Below the pieces are notes generated by a model. The model searched no databases and was not told the origin of the DNA. It saw only the letters and a list, made by a program, of their open reading frames with translations. From assembly GCA_049424145.1 (NCBI GenBank), contig JBMSSC010000030.1, forward strand, positions 1-24,485: a stretch of DNA of 24,485 nt, read 5' to 3'. Origin of the DNA: Bdellovibrionia bacterium (GTDB taxonomy: Bacteria > Bdellovibrionota > UBA1018). The position numbers were made by a program, and so were the translations under genes. Below are positions 1 to 8,554 of the stretch, piece after piece. The number at the start of each line of letters is the position of its first letter. The stretch's first letter is position 1.

Positions 1-50
1 CGGACGCCTTATATCTCGCCCCTGAACGGGCGAGTTTTACGGCGGATTGG
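1..50 (-). mobile_element. Left end of an IS200/IS605-family element; the element body lies left of the window; target tetranucleotide TTAT at 51-54
   Basis: Minus strand reads TTAT|CCAATCCGCCGT-AAAA-CTCGCCC-GTTCAG-GGGCGAG-ATATAAGGCG. It has a subterminal hairpin (stem 15-21/28-34), a guide AAAA immediately 5' of the hairpin and a TTAT target, fitting the IS608-type guide/target rule (AAAG pairs with TTAC, so AAAA with TTAT). It resembles the GCCTTATATC-hairpin-GTTTTACGGCG end recalled from IS609-like elements. Confidence 0.75.
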
Positions 51-145
51 ATAAGAGACCTCGCGATACGCTTGCTCTGAGAAACCCCACAAAGTTTCCA
101 CTGCTGATGGTTCCCCGGGTGGAGAGACTCGGAGCAAGCTTAAAG

Positions 146-1444
146 TCAAATCCAACTGGCTAGCCACATCCACTTTCTAAATGAAAACGTGGGGATCTGA
201 AGCGCTGAAAGAAGGGGGAAGAAATAGATAAATAAGCCAAGACAAGCACCTAGAAAACCCCACCTTAGGCTCTGGAGATTTGAGAACTTCCGAAAATCTC
301 GACCGAAAAAGACCAGTCCCAAAGCAAGACTCAAAACCATCGCAGCCGGATAGTAATAATAATAAAATGAAACTTTTCTAGGAATGACCATCCAACAGCC
401 ATAAAAAGAGAGATAAAAAAAGCTAATTAAAAAGGCCACACGACTTCGTTCAGTGATCCACCTCCAAACGCAAGCGGCAACGGCAAAAACTCCTGAAACC
501 ATAATCAATGGGTTTCCTAAAAGAAGGACCCCTCGGACCCACTGATTTTTCTCCCCCGATCGATCAAAAGCATACCAAATCGGACGACTGAGGAAGGGCC
601 AATCCATCCAATGACTCATGTAAGGGTGGGGGTTCACAACCCGCTGTTGCCCCTCCCACATCCGAGTTTGCAGCTTCAAAATGTCCAGTAAATTACTCAC
701 TCCTCCCTTCATGGCAAGATAGGGAAGAAAGGTGAGAAAGTAAATGCCAACCGGGACCAGAACGAGACTCACTAGGATCTGCCAGAGATTCACCTGCTTC
801 CATAAATCCTCTCGATACCAATCGTCAGGGCTGGGATCCTGCATTTGAATTTTCCAATATTGAAAAACCTTGACACAGAGAACCAGGCATACGATCGCAA
901 TCCAGGGTACAAAGCCAAACCACTTTGAAGCAGAACTGAGCCCCAGGAAGACTCCGGTGAGACCCAAGTAGAGCCTGATTTTTTTTTGTGACAGACCTAC
1001 TTTCCAACTCGCTGAGAAAAAAACTAGGGCCCAGACCAAAAACCCAAACATGAAGGTATCGAGCATGCCGATTCGGGCTTGAACATAGAGAACCTGGTTA
1101 AACAGGGTTAAGCACGCAATCCACAGCGCAGCCGATTCTGACTGAAGTAAAACCCAGCCTAAAAAATACATCCCCACCAATGTTAGAGCACCAAACCAAG
1201 TACTCATAAAACGCCAGCCCAATGGCTGATCCCCAAAAAGTGCAATTCCAACCGCCATCAGTTGCTTTCCTAAGGGAGGATGCTCCCAGTTTTGATTGGG
1301 TTTGAGCTCTAAAAACTGTTTTGCGGCAGGGACATAGTGAAATTCATCAAAATTAGGCGTCACGGGATAATGGATATGCAGTAAAAAAAAGATCCATGAG
1401 CAAACCAACAGAATCGCAGCTGTTATGAAAAGTCTTTGTTTCAT
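146..1444 (-). CDS. Dolichyl/polyprenol-phosphate-mannose protein O-mannosyltransferase (PMT, GT39 family)
   Basis: Polytopic membrane protein with FDEFHY (DE catalytic motif), HPPLGK, GWRF, RIGMLD, SKW, HPYxSxxxxWP, RPIWY, GNPLI and YYYYPA motifs; SD GGAG at 1454-1457 (minus strand). Confidence 0.88.
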   Translation of the reverse strand: MKQRLFITAAILLVCSWIFFLLHIHYPVTPNFDEFHYVPAAKQFLELKPNQNWEHPPLGKQLMAVGIALFGDQPLGWRFMSTWFGALTLVGMYFLGWVLLQSESAALWIACLTLFNQVLYVQARIGMLDTFMFGFLVWALVFFSASWKVGLSQKKIRLYLGLTGVFLGLSSASKWFGFVPWIAIVCLVLCVKVFQYWKIQMQDPSPDDWYREDLWKQVNLWQILVSLVLVPVGIYFLTFLPYLAMKGGVSNLLDILKLQTRMWEGQQRVVNPHPYMSHWMDWPFLSRPIWYAFDRSGEKNQWVRGVLLLGNPLIMVSGVFAVAACVWRWITERSRVAFLISFFYLSFYGCWMVIPRKVSFYYYYYPAAMVLSLALGLVFFGRDFRKFSNLQSLRWGFLGACLGLFIYFFPLLSALQIPTFSFRKWMWLASWI

Positions 1445-1602
1445 GTCCTAGTTCTCCATTGTTCATAGCCATGCTGTCAACCCAGCCCCATCAAAGCTCG
1501 TGTTCTTTTCACGGGTCGGGTTGTCTCTGACTTCCTCCTTCATGCCCTGAGTCGAGCAGGAAGAAGGATGACAAAACGGTTCCACTTGGGTACAAGAAGT
1601 GA

Positions 1603-2286
1603 ATGATACCGACACAAAGTGACAAGTCATCACCCAGTCCTGGAAGAAACGAACCCTGCCCCTGCGGGAGTCAAAAGAAATTTAAGCGCTGCTGTGGTGT
1701 CGATGCGGCACCTAAGCTCTCCGTCTCCCATGCCAACAAGCCTCCTTTGGACCCCTCTGCTCTTGAGGGCTTTAATCCCGAGATGCTCACGCAATTCACT
1801 CAAGCCTTCCAAAGGCTTCCAAAAAGCCAGATTCAACGATTCCAAGCCATCATGCAAAAAGCGATGAGCGGCAAGGACATTAGCCGAGAAGCGGCTGAGT
1901 TTGAAAAAACTCTCCCACAAGAGTTCCAGCAGATGATGCAATCGATGGCCGCAATGGGCCTGGCAAACCTCGGTGAGGGGACTCAGGCCGGCGATATCAG
2001 CCCCGCCTCAATGCCTCTCACAGGAGATCTCAGCTCCACGGTTGGAATTCCCCTCGGAGACTCAGAGACAGCCGCTCTTGAGAAACCCCTCACTGAGGAA
2101 GAAGCTCGAGCGTTGGTGGCAAAAGCCGCTTTAGAGGGCACCATTTCAAAGAAACAAGCCGATGCTTTACTGCGAGCAGAATCTGAATTGCAGACAGAAC
2201 TTGAGCAGGGTAAGGAGACTGAAAAAAAATCGAACCGTTCTCCCTTTCAAAAACTCTGGAAGAATCTCTCAGGATCAAAGGAGTAA
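1603..2286 (+). CDS. SEC-C motif (zinc-binding) domain protein
   Basis: N-terminal GRNEPCPCGSQKKFKRCCG, followed by a Q/M-rich helical region; 6 nt upstream of btpA. Confidence 0.85.
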   Translation: MIPTQSDKSSPSPGRNEPCPCGSQKKFKRCCGVDAAPKLSVSHANKPPLDPSALEGFNPEMLTQFTQAFQRLPKSQIQRFQAIMQKAMSGKDISREAAEFEKTLPQEFQQMMQSMAAMGLANLGEGTQAGDISPASMPLTGDLSSTVGIPLGDSETAALEKPLTEEEARALVAKAALEGTISKKQADALLRAESELQTELEQGKETEKKSNRSPFQKLWKNLSGSKE

Positions 2287-2292
2287 CACCCG

Positions 2293-3129
2293 ATGGCACG
2301 CAACTTCCCCAGACTCATTGGAGTGATTCATCTGCCCCCACTTCCTGGCGCTCCTGGATCCTATGGAACGCAAGCTTCCGATTGCCTAACTTCTGCGGGT
2401 TTTCAAGCGGTTGAAGAGGCGAAGCTTTTTCAGGACGCAGGCTTTGAGGCCGTGATTTTAGAGAACTTCGGAGACGTTCCCTTTTATAAGACCACAGTTC
2501 CCCCTGAAACCGTAGCCAGCATGTCCATCATTGCGGCAGCCCTCCGTGAAACGCTGGAGATCCCGTTAGGACTCAATGTATTAAGGAACGACGCACGATC
2601 AGCCCTAGCGATTGCCGCAGTCACTGCGTGTGACTTTATTCGAGTCAATGTTCTCTCAGGAGTTGCTGCAACGGATCAAGGCATGATTGAGGGAGACGCG
2701 GCTACTTTACTGCGAGAAAGAGATCGACTCTCCGCATCAGTCTCTCTTCTTGCTGATGTTCACGTCAAACACGCTGTGACATTTTCTTCCACCCAAATTG
2801 ACCTGGCAATCGAAGAGTTAGCGGCTCGATCCATGGTGGATGGGGTCATTGTTTCAGGACGAACCACAGGACGTCTCATTGACTTTGATGCCTTGAAAAC
2901 GGCAAGCGCGGCGGCTCGGGAACTCAAGATTCCTCTTCTTCTGGGAAGTGGAGCAACTTTAGAGAAACTCCCGGTCATTGCCCCCTGGGTGGATGGAATG
3001 GTGGTGAGCTCTGCCCTAAGAAAAGGGAATCGTCCCGGTGCTCCTCTTGAGCCAAAGAAAGTTAAAGAATTTGCTCGGAGCTTTCATTCGCTAGGTCGAA
3101 AAAAACTGAAGTCAAAAAAGAAATCTTAA
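2293..3129 (+). CDS. btpA: BtpA/SgcQ family TIM-barrel protein
   Basis: IGVIHLPPLPGAP, ENFGDVPF, GLNVLRND, FIRVNV, TDQGMIEG, ADVHVKH, VSGRTTG and GSG motifs; SD GGAG at 2280-2283. Confidence 0.92.
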   Translation: MARNFPRLIGVIHLPPLPGAPGSYGTQASDCLTSAGFQAVEEAKLFQDAGFEAVILENFGDVPFYKTTVPPETVASMSIIAAALRETLEIPLGLNVLRNDARSALAIAAVTACDFIRVNVLSGVAATDQGMIEGDAATLLRERDRLSASVSLLADVHVKHAVTFSSTQIDLAIEELAARSMVDGVIVSGRTTGRLIDFDALKTASAAARELKIPLLLGSGATLEKLPVIAPWVDGMVVSSALRKGNRPGAPLEPKKVKEFARSFHSLGRKKLKSKKKS

Positions 3130-3172
3130 AATTCTCTCACAAAATCAATCGCAAGCGGCTCTTAAGAGAAAT

Positions 3173-3314
3173 GGACTTGAGACTCCCGTGGATTCTCATT
3201 TAGGATAAGCTGCTCTGCCTGATCGCGGTCCTAGCCTCATGATTTGACCGTTAGGCGTCGGGGAGTCCCTTAAGCAGCTTTCGCCGCCCAGGTATCCACT
3301 CCCAACCTCAATCC
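3173..3314 (+). ncRNA. Candidate structured RNA (rod-like hairpin with symmetric internal bubble)
   Basis: Nested complementary segments: GGA(C)TTGAG 3173-3181 with CTCAATCC 3307-3314; GTGGAT 3188-3193 with ATCCAC 3294-3299; a 13/13-nt internal loop; AAGCTGCT 3207-3214 with AGCAGCTT 3273-3280; GCCTGA..CGGTC 3217-3230 with GACCGTTAGGC 3246-3256. No family could be assigned by eye. Confidence 0.25.
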
Positions 3315-3380
3315 GCTTAAAGCCCATCAAAAACAGTCCTTTTTTTGAAAAAAAATGAAGGTATGTTACCTTTTGACAAA

Positions 3381-4826
3381 ATGCGCTCAAAAATTAAGAA
3401 AAACAAAAGAAAACCCTCGCAAAAAAAATCAAATAAAAAATCAAAAAAACGACTTGCGAGTCTCTTTGTCGCAGGATTTAAAAAACCAAATCCCCCAGTC
3501 AAACGGAAGAAGCCCACACTTAAAAAAAGAAAACACTCGTCTTTCTTCAACTGGGCTTCACCCTCTCCGAGTGAAATCCCTCAAAAAAACCCTTCCATTG
3601 AAGAAACTCTCCCGGATGCCCCGTCTACTCTCGAGGCTTTACCTCAGGTTCAAAAAAACGATGCCCCCATTCTATCGCTGGTCCCTCATGAACCACAACT
3701 AGTCCCACCTGAGCCCATCGTCCCCTCACTCTCAGGAAAAGCTTTTCTTTCCACGGCAGACATCACTCAACCCAACGATCAACTTAAACAGAGCATCGAG
3801 GCTTTTCTACTGGATCAAAGATCCCCTCACACTCGAAGAGCTTATGGGAAAGACCTGCTTCGCTTCGTCAAATTCCTCCACAGCCGGAACTTTCGACAAG
3901 GTCCCGCCTCTCTCACTCGAACCGTTCTCATTGGCTATAAAGAATCCCTCATTGCTGATGGCCTCCAACACACTTCTATTGATCGGCACTTAGCCACTTT
4001 ACGGAGTTTCTTTAAATGGCTCGTCGATGATGGGATTCTTGAAAAAAGTCCTGCCGAGGGTGTCCGCTTCTTAAATCCAAAGAAACTCTCCACCACCATT
4101 GGATTCTCTGATGAAGAGGTACGAAAAATCCTCATGATTCCCGATCTCCACAAAAAAGCGGGCTCTCAACATTATGCCATTCTCATGGTTCTATTTTACT
4201 GCGGATTAAGACGCTCTGAGCTCTGTGAGCTGAAGACATCAAACCTTGGCACCGAAAGAAATCATAGAGTTCTCAGGCTCCGAGGAAAAGGCAATGCCGA
4301 AAGACTCATTGTTCTGACTCAACCCGTTTGGAACGCCTTAAAACATTACTTCTATATTACAGGAAGAAGTCTCGAAAAATTAGGATCCGACGACTACCTT
4401 TTCTCCCCGTTACGCAATAATCGAACCGGGGTTCTTAATAAACCGCTTGATCCATCGATGATCTTCTATATTGTGACTCGATACGCCAAGCTCGCGGGGA
4501 TCATGAACCGAGTCTCGCCTCACTCCTGTCGAGCAACTGCCATTTCTAATGCTCGTGATCACAATGTCCCGGATCGAGCGATTCAAGAGTTTGCAGGCTG
4601 GGCGTCGCCGGACATGATCACTCGCTACGACAAGAGAAAAACCTCTATCGAAGAGTCTGCAACCCATGCCATTCGCTATGGATCAGAGAATCGAAACCTT
4701 CCTCAACTCAGCGTGCTCTCTCAAGAAGAGCCCCGCTCATCTCAGGAAAAAACAGACCCCTCTGAAAATTCACCTAAAAAACCAGAGGAACTTGACCAAT
4801 TAGATCCAGAGCCGCCGGGCCTCTGA
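3381..4826 (+). CDS. Tyrosine recombinase (XerC/XerD-like integrase family) with long Lys-rich/Pro-rich N-terminal extension
   Basis: Core-binding domain SPHTRRAYGKDL...LATLRSFFKWL; catalytic GLRRSE (R), GKG (K), HSCR (H-x-x-R) and AGWASPDMITRY (W in the H/W position, Y nucleophile). Start set at ATG 3381; TTG 3345 and ATG 3363 are alternatives. Confidence 0.92.
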   Translation: MRSKIKKNKRKPSQKKSNKKSKKRLASLFVAGFKKPNPPVKRKKPTLKKRKHSSFFNWASPSPSEIPQKNPSIEETLPDAPSTLEALPQVQKNDAPILSLVPHEPQLVPPEPIVPSLSGKAFLSTADITQPNDQLKQSIEAFLLDQRSPHTRRAYGKDLLRFVKFLHSRNFRQGPASLTRTVLIGYKESLIADGLQHTSIDRHLATLRSFFKWLVDDGILEKSPAEGVRFLNPKKLSTTIGFSDEEVRKILMIPDLHKKAGSQHYAILMVLFYCGLRRSELCELKTSNLGTERNHRVLRLRGKGNAERLIVLTQPVWNALKHYFYITGRSLEKLGSDDYLFSPLRNNRTGVLNKPLDPSMIFYIVTRYAKLAGIMNRVSPHSCRATAISNARDHNVPDRAIQEFAGWASPDMITRYDKRKTSIEESATHAIRYGSENRNLPQLSVLSQEEPRSSQEKTDPSENSPKKPEELDQLDPEPPGL

Positions 4827-4949
4827 CCCCAGGCAAAACGCATCTCATTTTGTGCCGACAAGAGAATCCGCGATGATTTCCTCGAATCGGGGAGGGTAGG
4901 CAGGGAGAAACTACCCACCTCTAGGTGTACACCCCTGACTCCAGAAAAG

Positions 4950-5957
4950 TTAAAATTGAATGGTAATCGGAGTCAGATAAAAAGTCGCATTAGCACGCTG
5001 AATCTCATTTGCACTGGCATAGCTTACCAAAAATATAATTGTGTCATACCACACGTGATTGAAAATACTCTCACCCAGCTGCCAGTCATTTTTTTGGGTC
5101 AAATACCCAAAGTAAAATCCAGCTAACGTCTGAGACAAAGGAATGTACCCTGGCTTGTAGTGGAGCGCTCCAAAGACCAGGGAAGACAAGAGGTTACTTG
5201 AAAACTCACTATTCGTATACCGCATGGCAACGGGCATCAGCCAGCCCCGAAAAAGCGCCTCTTCGCCTACGCCTGCATTGAAGCTAATTCCGCCCGAAAA
5301 GGCAACATCCAGGGGATCTGGAAGTCCGGCTTTCACATTCAAGGAATGCCCTTGTAGTTGAGCTAATAGCACTCCCATCAAAATGTTCGCTGGAATACCA
5401 AGATAGGTGGTGGGTCGAGACAAATAGCTGAAATGAAAAGGAGCTGTCATCAACTCTAAAGGAGTTTCATGATGTTTAAGGAATGAAAAATCGTCTCGAG
5501 TTTGAACGGCTGTCCTAAAACTGTGGTATGCGCTCATTCCACCTGCGGCAAGCGCCAAAGTGTTCCCATAATCCCCGAGCTGACCTGCCCTCTTGAAATT
5601 GTCAAACTCCCCCGGATGATCACGAAATAAATTGGGATTCATCTGAGCTTTAGAAACGGTGGATAGGATTTGATGGCTGGAATATATAGCCATTCCATTC
5701 CCTGCCAGACGAGCTCCCAGATAGGCCGCTGCATATCCGTATTGCCCCTCCCAAAATTGATCGAACCCAGGGATCAATAAAGAAGTAAAAGCAGGCCAGA
5801 AAATCGAGCGCTGGCGCTTAGGCTCTCCACTCAGTGAAAAAGCTGATACTTTTTGATTCTCAATTAAAGAGCTTGAATCAGAAAAGGCCTGGTGCACCCC
5901 AAGACTTTGAAGACAAAAAAATCCTATAAAAAAATAGACAATCCAACGGTATCTCAT
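4950..5957 (-). CDS. CPBP (CAAX protease/Abi) family intramembrane glutamic protease
   Basis: EEALFRG (EExxxR), FGALH (FxxxH) and HVWYD (HxxxD) motifs. ATG 5957 is preferred over TTG 5996 because it yields a signal-peptide-like N-terminus. Confidence 0.85.
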   Translation of the reverse strand: MRYRWIVYFFIGFFCLQSLGVHQAFSDSSSLIENQKVSAFSLSGEPKRQRSIFWPAFTSLLIPGFDQFWEGQYGYAAAYLGARLAGNGMAIYSSHQILSTVSKAQMNPNLFRDHPGEFDNFKRAGQLGDYGNTLALAAGGMSAYHSFRTAVQTRDDFSFLKHHETPLELMTAPFHFSYLSRPTTYLGIPANILMGVLLAQLQGHSLNVKAGLPDPLDVAFSGGISFNAGVGEEALFRGWLMPVAMRYTNSEFSSNLLSSLVFGALHYKPGYIPLSQTLAGFYFGYLTQKNDWQLGESIFNHVWYDTIIFLVSYASANEIQRANATFYLTPITIQF

Positions 5958-6056
5958 TTGGAGGAGCACTCTAAATAAGTATGCGCTTCGTGTCAATTTA
6001 TATTTTATATTAAACTAGTTTTTTATTTTAAATCTAAAATCAGAGCTTGACTAAGT

Positions 6057-6893
6057 CTACTTTTGAGCCACCAGATAAGCAATCCAAGAAAAAGCGTTAT
6101 CTCCTTTCTCCATCCGAATGTACTCTCCTGTTCCTTCTCCTTGATGCTCCGTCTCCCAGTAAACAAACGTATCCTTAAATCCTGCCTCGCGAAGCAACTC
6201 CCTGAGCTCAGGAATCGTCCAAAGCCTCCAATCGTACGTAAACGCATTTCGAAAGGAAGGCCCATTTTCAAACTTAAAGTGGATGGCGTACTCGGCTCGT
6301 CGCTGAATGGGATCAAAGGACTTTTGATCCCAAGTGTAAGTCATTTTTTTCCCATTTTTATAGCGCATCCGTCGTCGCTCTTGAGTCTGATCAATCATCC
6401 CCGGACCTCCGGCCATCTCAAGAATTAAAAGCCCCTTTGAGACCATCGATTGACGACAGCTTTTAAAATACTTCAATAACTCACGTTTCTCCTGAAAGAT
6501 GAAAAAAGAAAAATTACCCACCACAATCAGATCGGATAGAGGGAGCGTGGGCTCACGAACATCTGCAATTTTGAGCCGAATTCTCTTTTGCTCACTGGGT
6601 GTTAATTGAGACAAATGCTTGGTCTTACCGTACTCCACTGGCTCTGAATCTAAATCAATGCCTAAGGCCCGATTCTTTGGGCTTCGTCTGACCCATTCAC
6701 AGCAAAGTAAAAAAGTCCCGCAAAAATCCTCCCGCATCAGTCGGGGAGGGGTCTTCAGTAAATCCTGGGTGATCCTTTGGATGAGATCAATGTGTTCAAC
6801 CGGACTCTGAACAGACCACTCATACAGCGCATACTTGGAAATCCGAGACAACTGTCCGGTATTTTTTTGATTCGATTGAAGTTTCACTGGCAT
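6057..6893 (-). CDS. Class I SAM-dependent methyltransferase, substrate unknown
   Basis: REDFCGT motif-I-like segment, GIDLD, LYEWSVQSP and FTYDWRLWTIPE. ATG 6893 lies 1 nt after the gpx stop; the longer ORF-track N-terminus overlaps gpx. Confidence 0.82.
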   Translation of the reverse strand: MPVKLQSNQKNTGQLSRISKYALYEWSVQSPVEHIDLIQRITQDLLKTPPRLMREDFCGTFLLCCEWVRRSPKNRALGIDLDSEPVEYGKTKHLSQLTPSEQKRIRLKIADVREPTLPLSDLIVVGNFSFFIFQEKRELLKYFKSCRQSMVSKGLLILEMAGGPGMIDQTQERRRMRYKNGKKMTYTWDQKSFDPIQRRAEYAIHFKFENGPSFRNAFTYDWRLWTIPELRELLREAGFKDTFVYWETEHQGEGTGEYIRMEKGDNAFSWIAYLVAQK

Positions 6894-6894
6894 C

Positions 6895-7377
6895 TCAGGT
6901 TTCAATGAGTTTTTCAATTTCTTGAGCCATATCTTTTGGCGCCGTTTGGGGTGCAAACCGCTGGAGAACATGACCTGATCGATCCACAAGGAATTTAGTA
7001 AAATTCCACTTAATCGCCTCGGTTCCCAAAATTCCTTTACATTCAGATTTCAGGTGCTGAAAAAGGGGATGAGCACTGGGACCATTGACTTCAACTTTGG
7101 AGAACAGGGGAAAGCTCACTTGAAACTTCGACTCACAAAACTGCTGAATCTGAGATTCACTGCCTGGCTCCTGACCTCCAAACTGATTGCAGGGAAAACC
7201 CATCACCACCAAGCCACGATCACGGTACTTGCGACTCAATGCCTCAAGTCCTTCATATTGAGAGGTAAACCCGCATTCGCTGGCAACATTTACAATCAAA
7301 AGCACTTTGCCCCGATAATCGCTCATCTTCTTCACATGACCTGCAATGTCTTTCACTTCGATATCAAAGATTGTCAT
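6895..7377 (-). CDS. gpx: Glutathione peroxidase (Cys-type, BtuE/Gpx family)
   Basis: GKVLLIVNVASECG, GFPCNQFGGQEPG and IKWNFTKFLV signatures. Confidence 0.96.
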   Translation of the reverse strand: MTIFDIEVKDIAGHVKKMSDYRGKVLLIVNVASECGFTSQYEGLEALSRKYRDRGLVVMGFPCNQFGGQEPGSESQIQQFCESKFQVSFPLFSKVEVNGPSAHPLFQHLKSECKGILGTEAIKWNFTKFLVDRSGHVLQRFAPQTAPKDMAQEIEKLIET

Positions 7378-7750
7378 CCGAGTGTTTCCCCTTATGAGTT
7401 GCGTTCCTATTCAAGAAGAATTTTTTAAACCCTACTTTGCCTTGATTTTTTACCTTCACCTCGCAAAACTCTTCTCAAAAAGCTGGATACCTCATTTTAC
7501 GAAAGATTCATAGTGTCCTGTATGGCGGGGACAAGAATAGGATGACAAAGGAGAACTCAAACGTGGACTTCCAAACGAGTATCGATCTAATGGGCTATTA
7601 ATCGATCTTAAAAACGGGTTGAAAACAAAAAAAATTCTCTCCCATGGATCATCTCTCGGTCATGGGACCGATCGCTCTTCTTACGAGGAACTGAAAAAAT
7701 CCAAGGGTTACCACTCATGGCAAAATACAAAGATTGAGTCTCAGGTATGC

Positions 7751-8122
7751 TTAAGCTTTATATAAAATCAACATGGTATTGAGGTATCGTTCAACTTCTG
7801 GATTAGAGTGCAAAAACTCGCAACCGACTTTAATTTTCTCAGCGTCAGTCTGTCGAACAAAGCGAGCGATTGCCTGAACCTCAATTAACTTAGAGCAACT
7901 TTGAAGAGAAAACTTTAAATCAAAGACATCTTTTGTATGAATTGGAGCATTGGTTTCAAACAAGATGCCTTTTGAAGTCAGATCTCGGGCTTCCCCTGAG
8001 TAATAAGAGAGAGTCCAATTTTTCTTGTCCCTCACCTTGATGGGAGACACTTTCACAAGGAAGTGAACCTTTTTTCTCACTTGTCGACGACTCTTTTTTA
8101 TCTTAAAAAAATATTCGTTCAC
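7751..8122 (-). CDS. Stand-alone PilZ-domain protein (candidate c-di-GMP receptor)
   Basis: RRQVR (RxxxR) followed by DLTSKG (D/NxSxxG variant with T) and a C-terminal VGCEF strand; GTG start. Confidence 0.78.
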   Translation of the reverse strand: MNEYFFKIKKSRRQVRKKVHFLVKVSPIKVRDKKNWTLSYYSGEARDLTSKGILFETNAPIHTKDVFDLKFSLQSCSKLIEVQAIARFVRQTDAEKIKVGCEFLHSNPEVERYLNTMLILYKA

Positions 8123-8554
8123 CTATGAGTGCCTTCATCTTTTAATTTTAATCCAAATATATTAAAAATACAGAAAAACAACAAAACTGCGCCACTCACA
8201 CAAAATACAGCAAAATCATAAACTTACTCAGACCCCTCGCGACTCAAATCGATTAAAGGGGGGGCCGCAGAACGATTGCATCGGCCGGTCTTGAACCTTC
8301 GTTCCATGCATTCAGACTTGTTTCAGAGGATTCCATGCGTCATCTCTTGGTTTTCTGAGTCTGCGCTCAATCCTTATTTAAGGGGCTAGCCACTTTTATC
8401 TGGAGCTATTTTGAAACTCCCCTTATTGCCAAGACGCGCTAATTCCATCATCATTTGAAGATTAGAGGTCCCCGCTCAAAAAAATTTGCCCAGACAGCAG
8501 AGAGAGGGTAGGGAGCGAGAGTTAAACGCTTTGGCAAGTCAGGAGGTTTAGAGA

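Noticed and set aside
6895..7377. Selenocysteine-containing Gpx
   Set aside because: The peroxidatic residue is encoded by TGC and there is no in-frame TGA.
7500..7750. Possible decayed gene after an AAGGAG SD (GTG 7563)
   Set aside because: The frame closes after 12 codons and no family can be recognised in the other frames.
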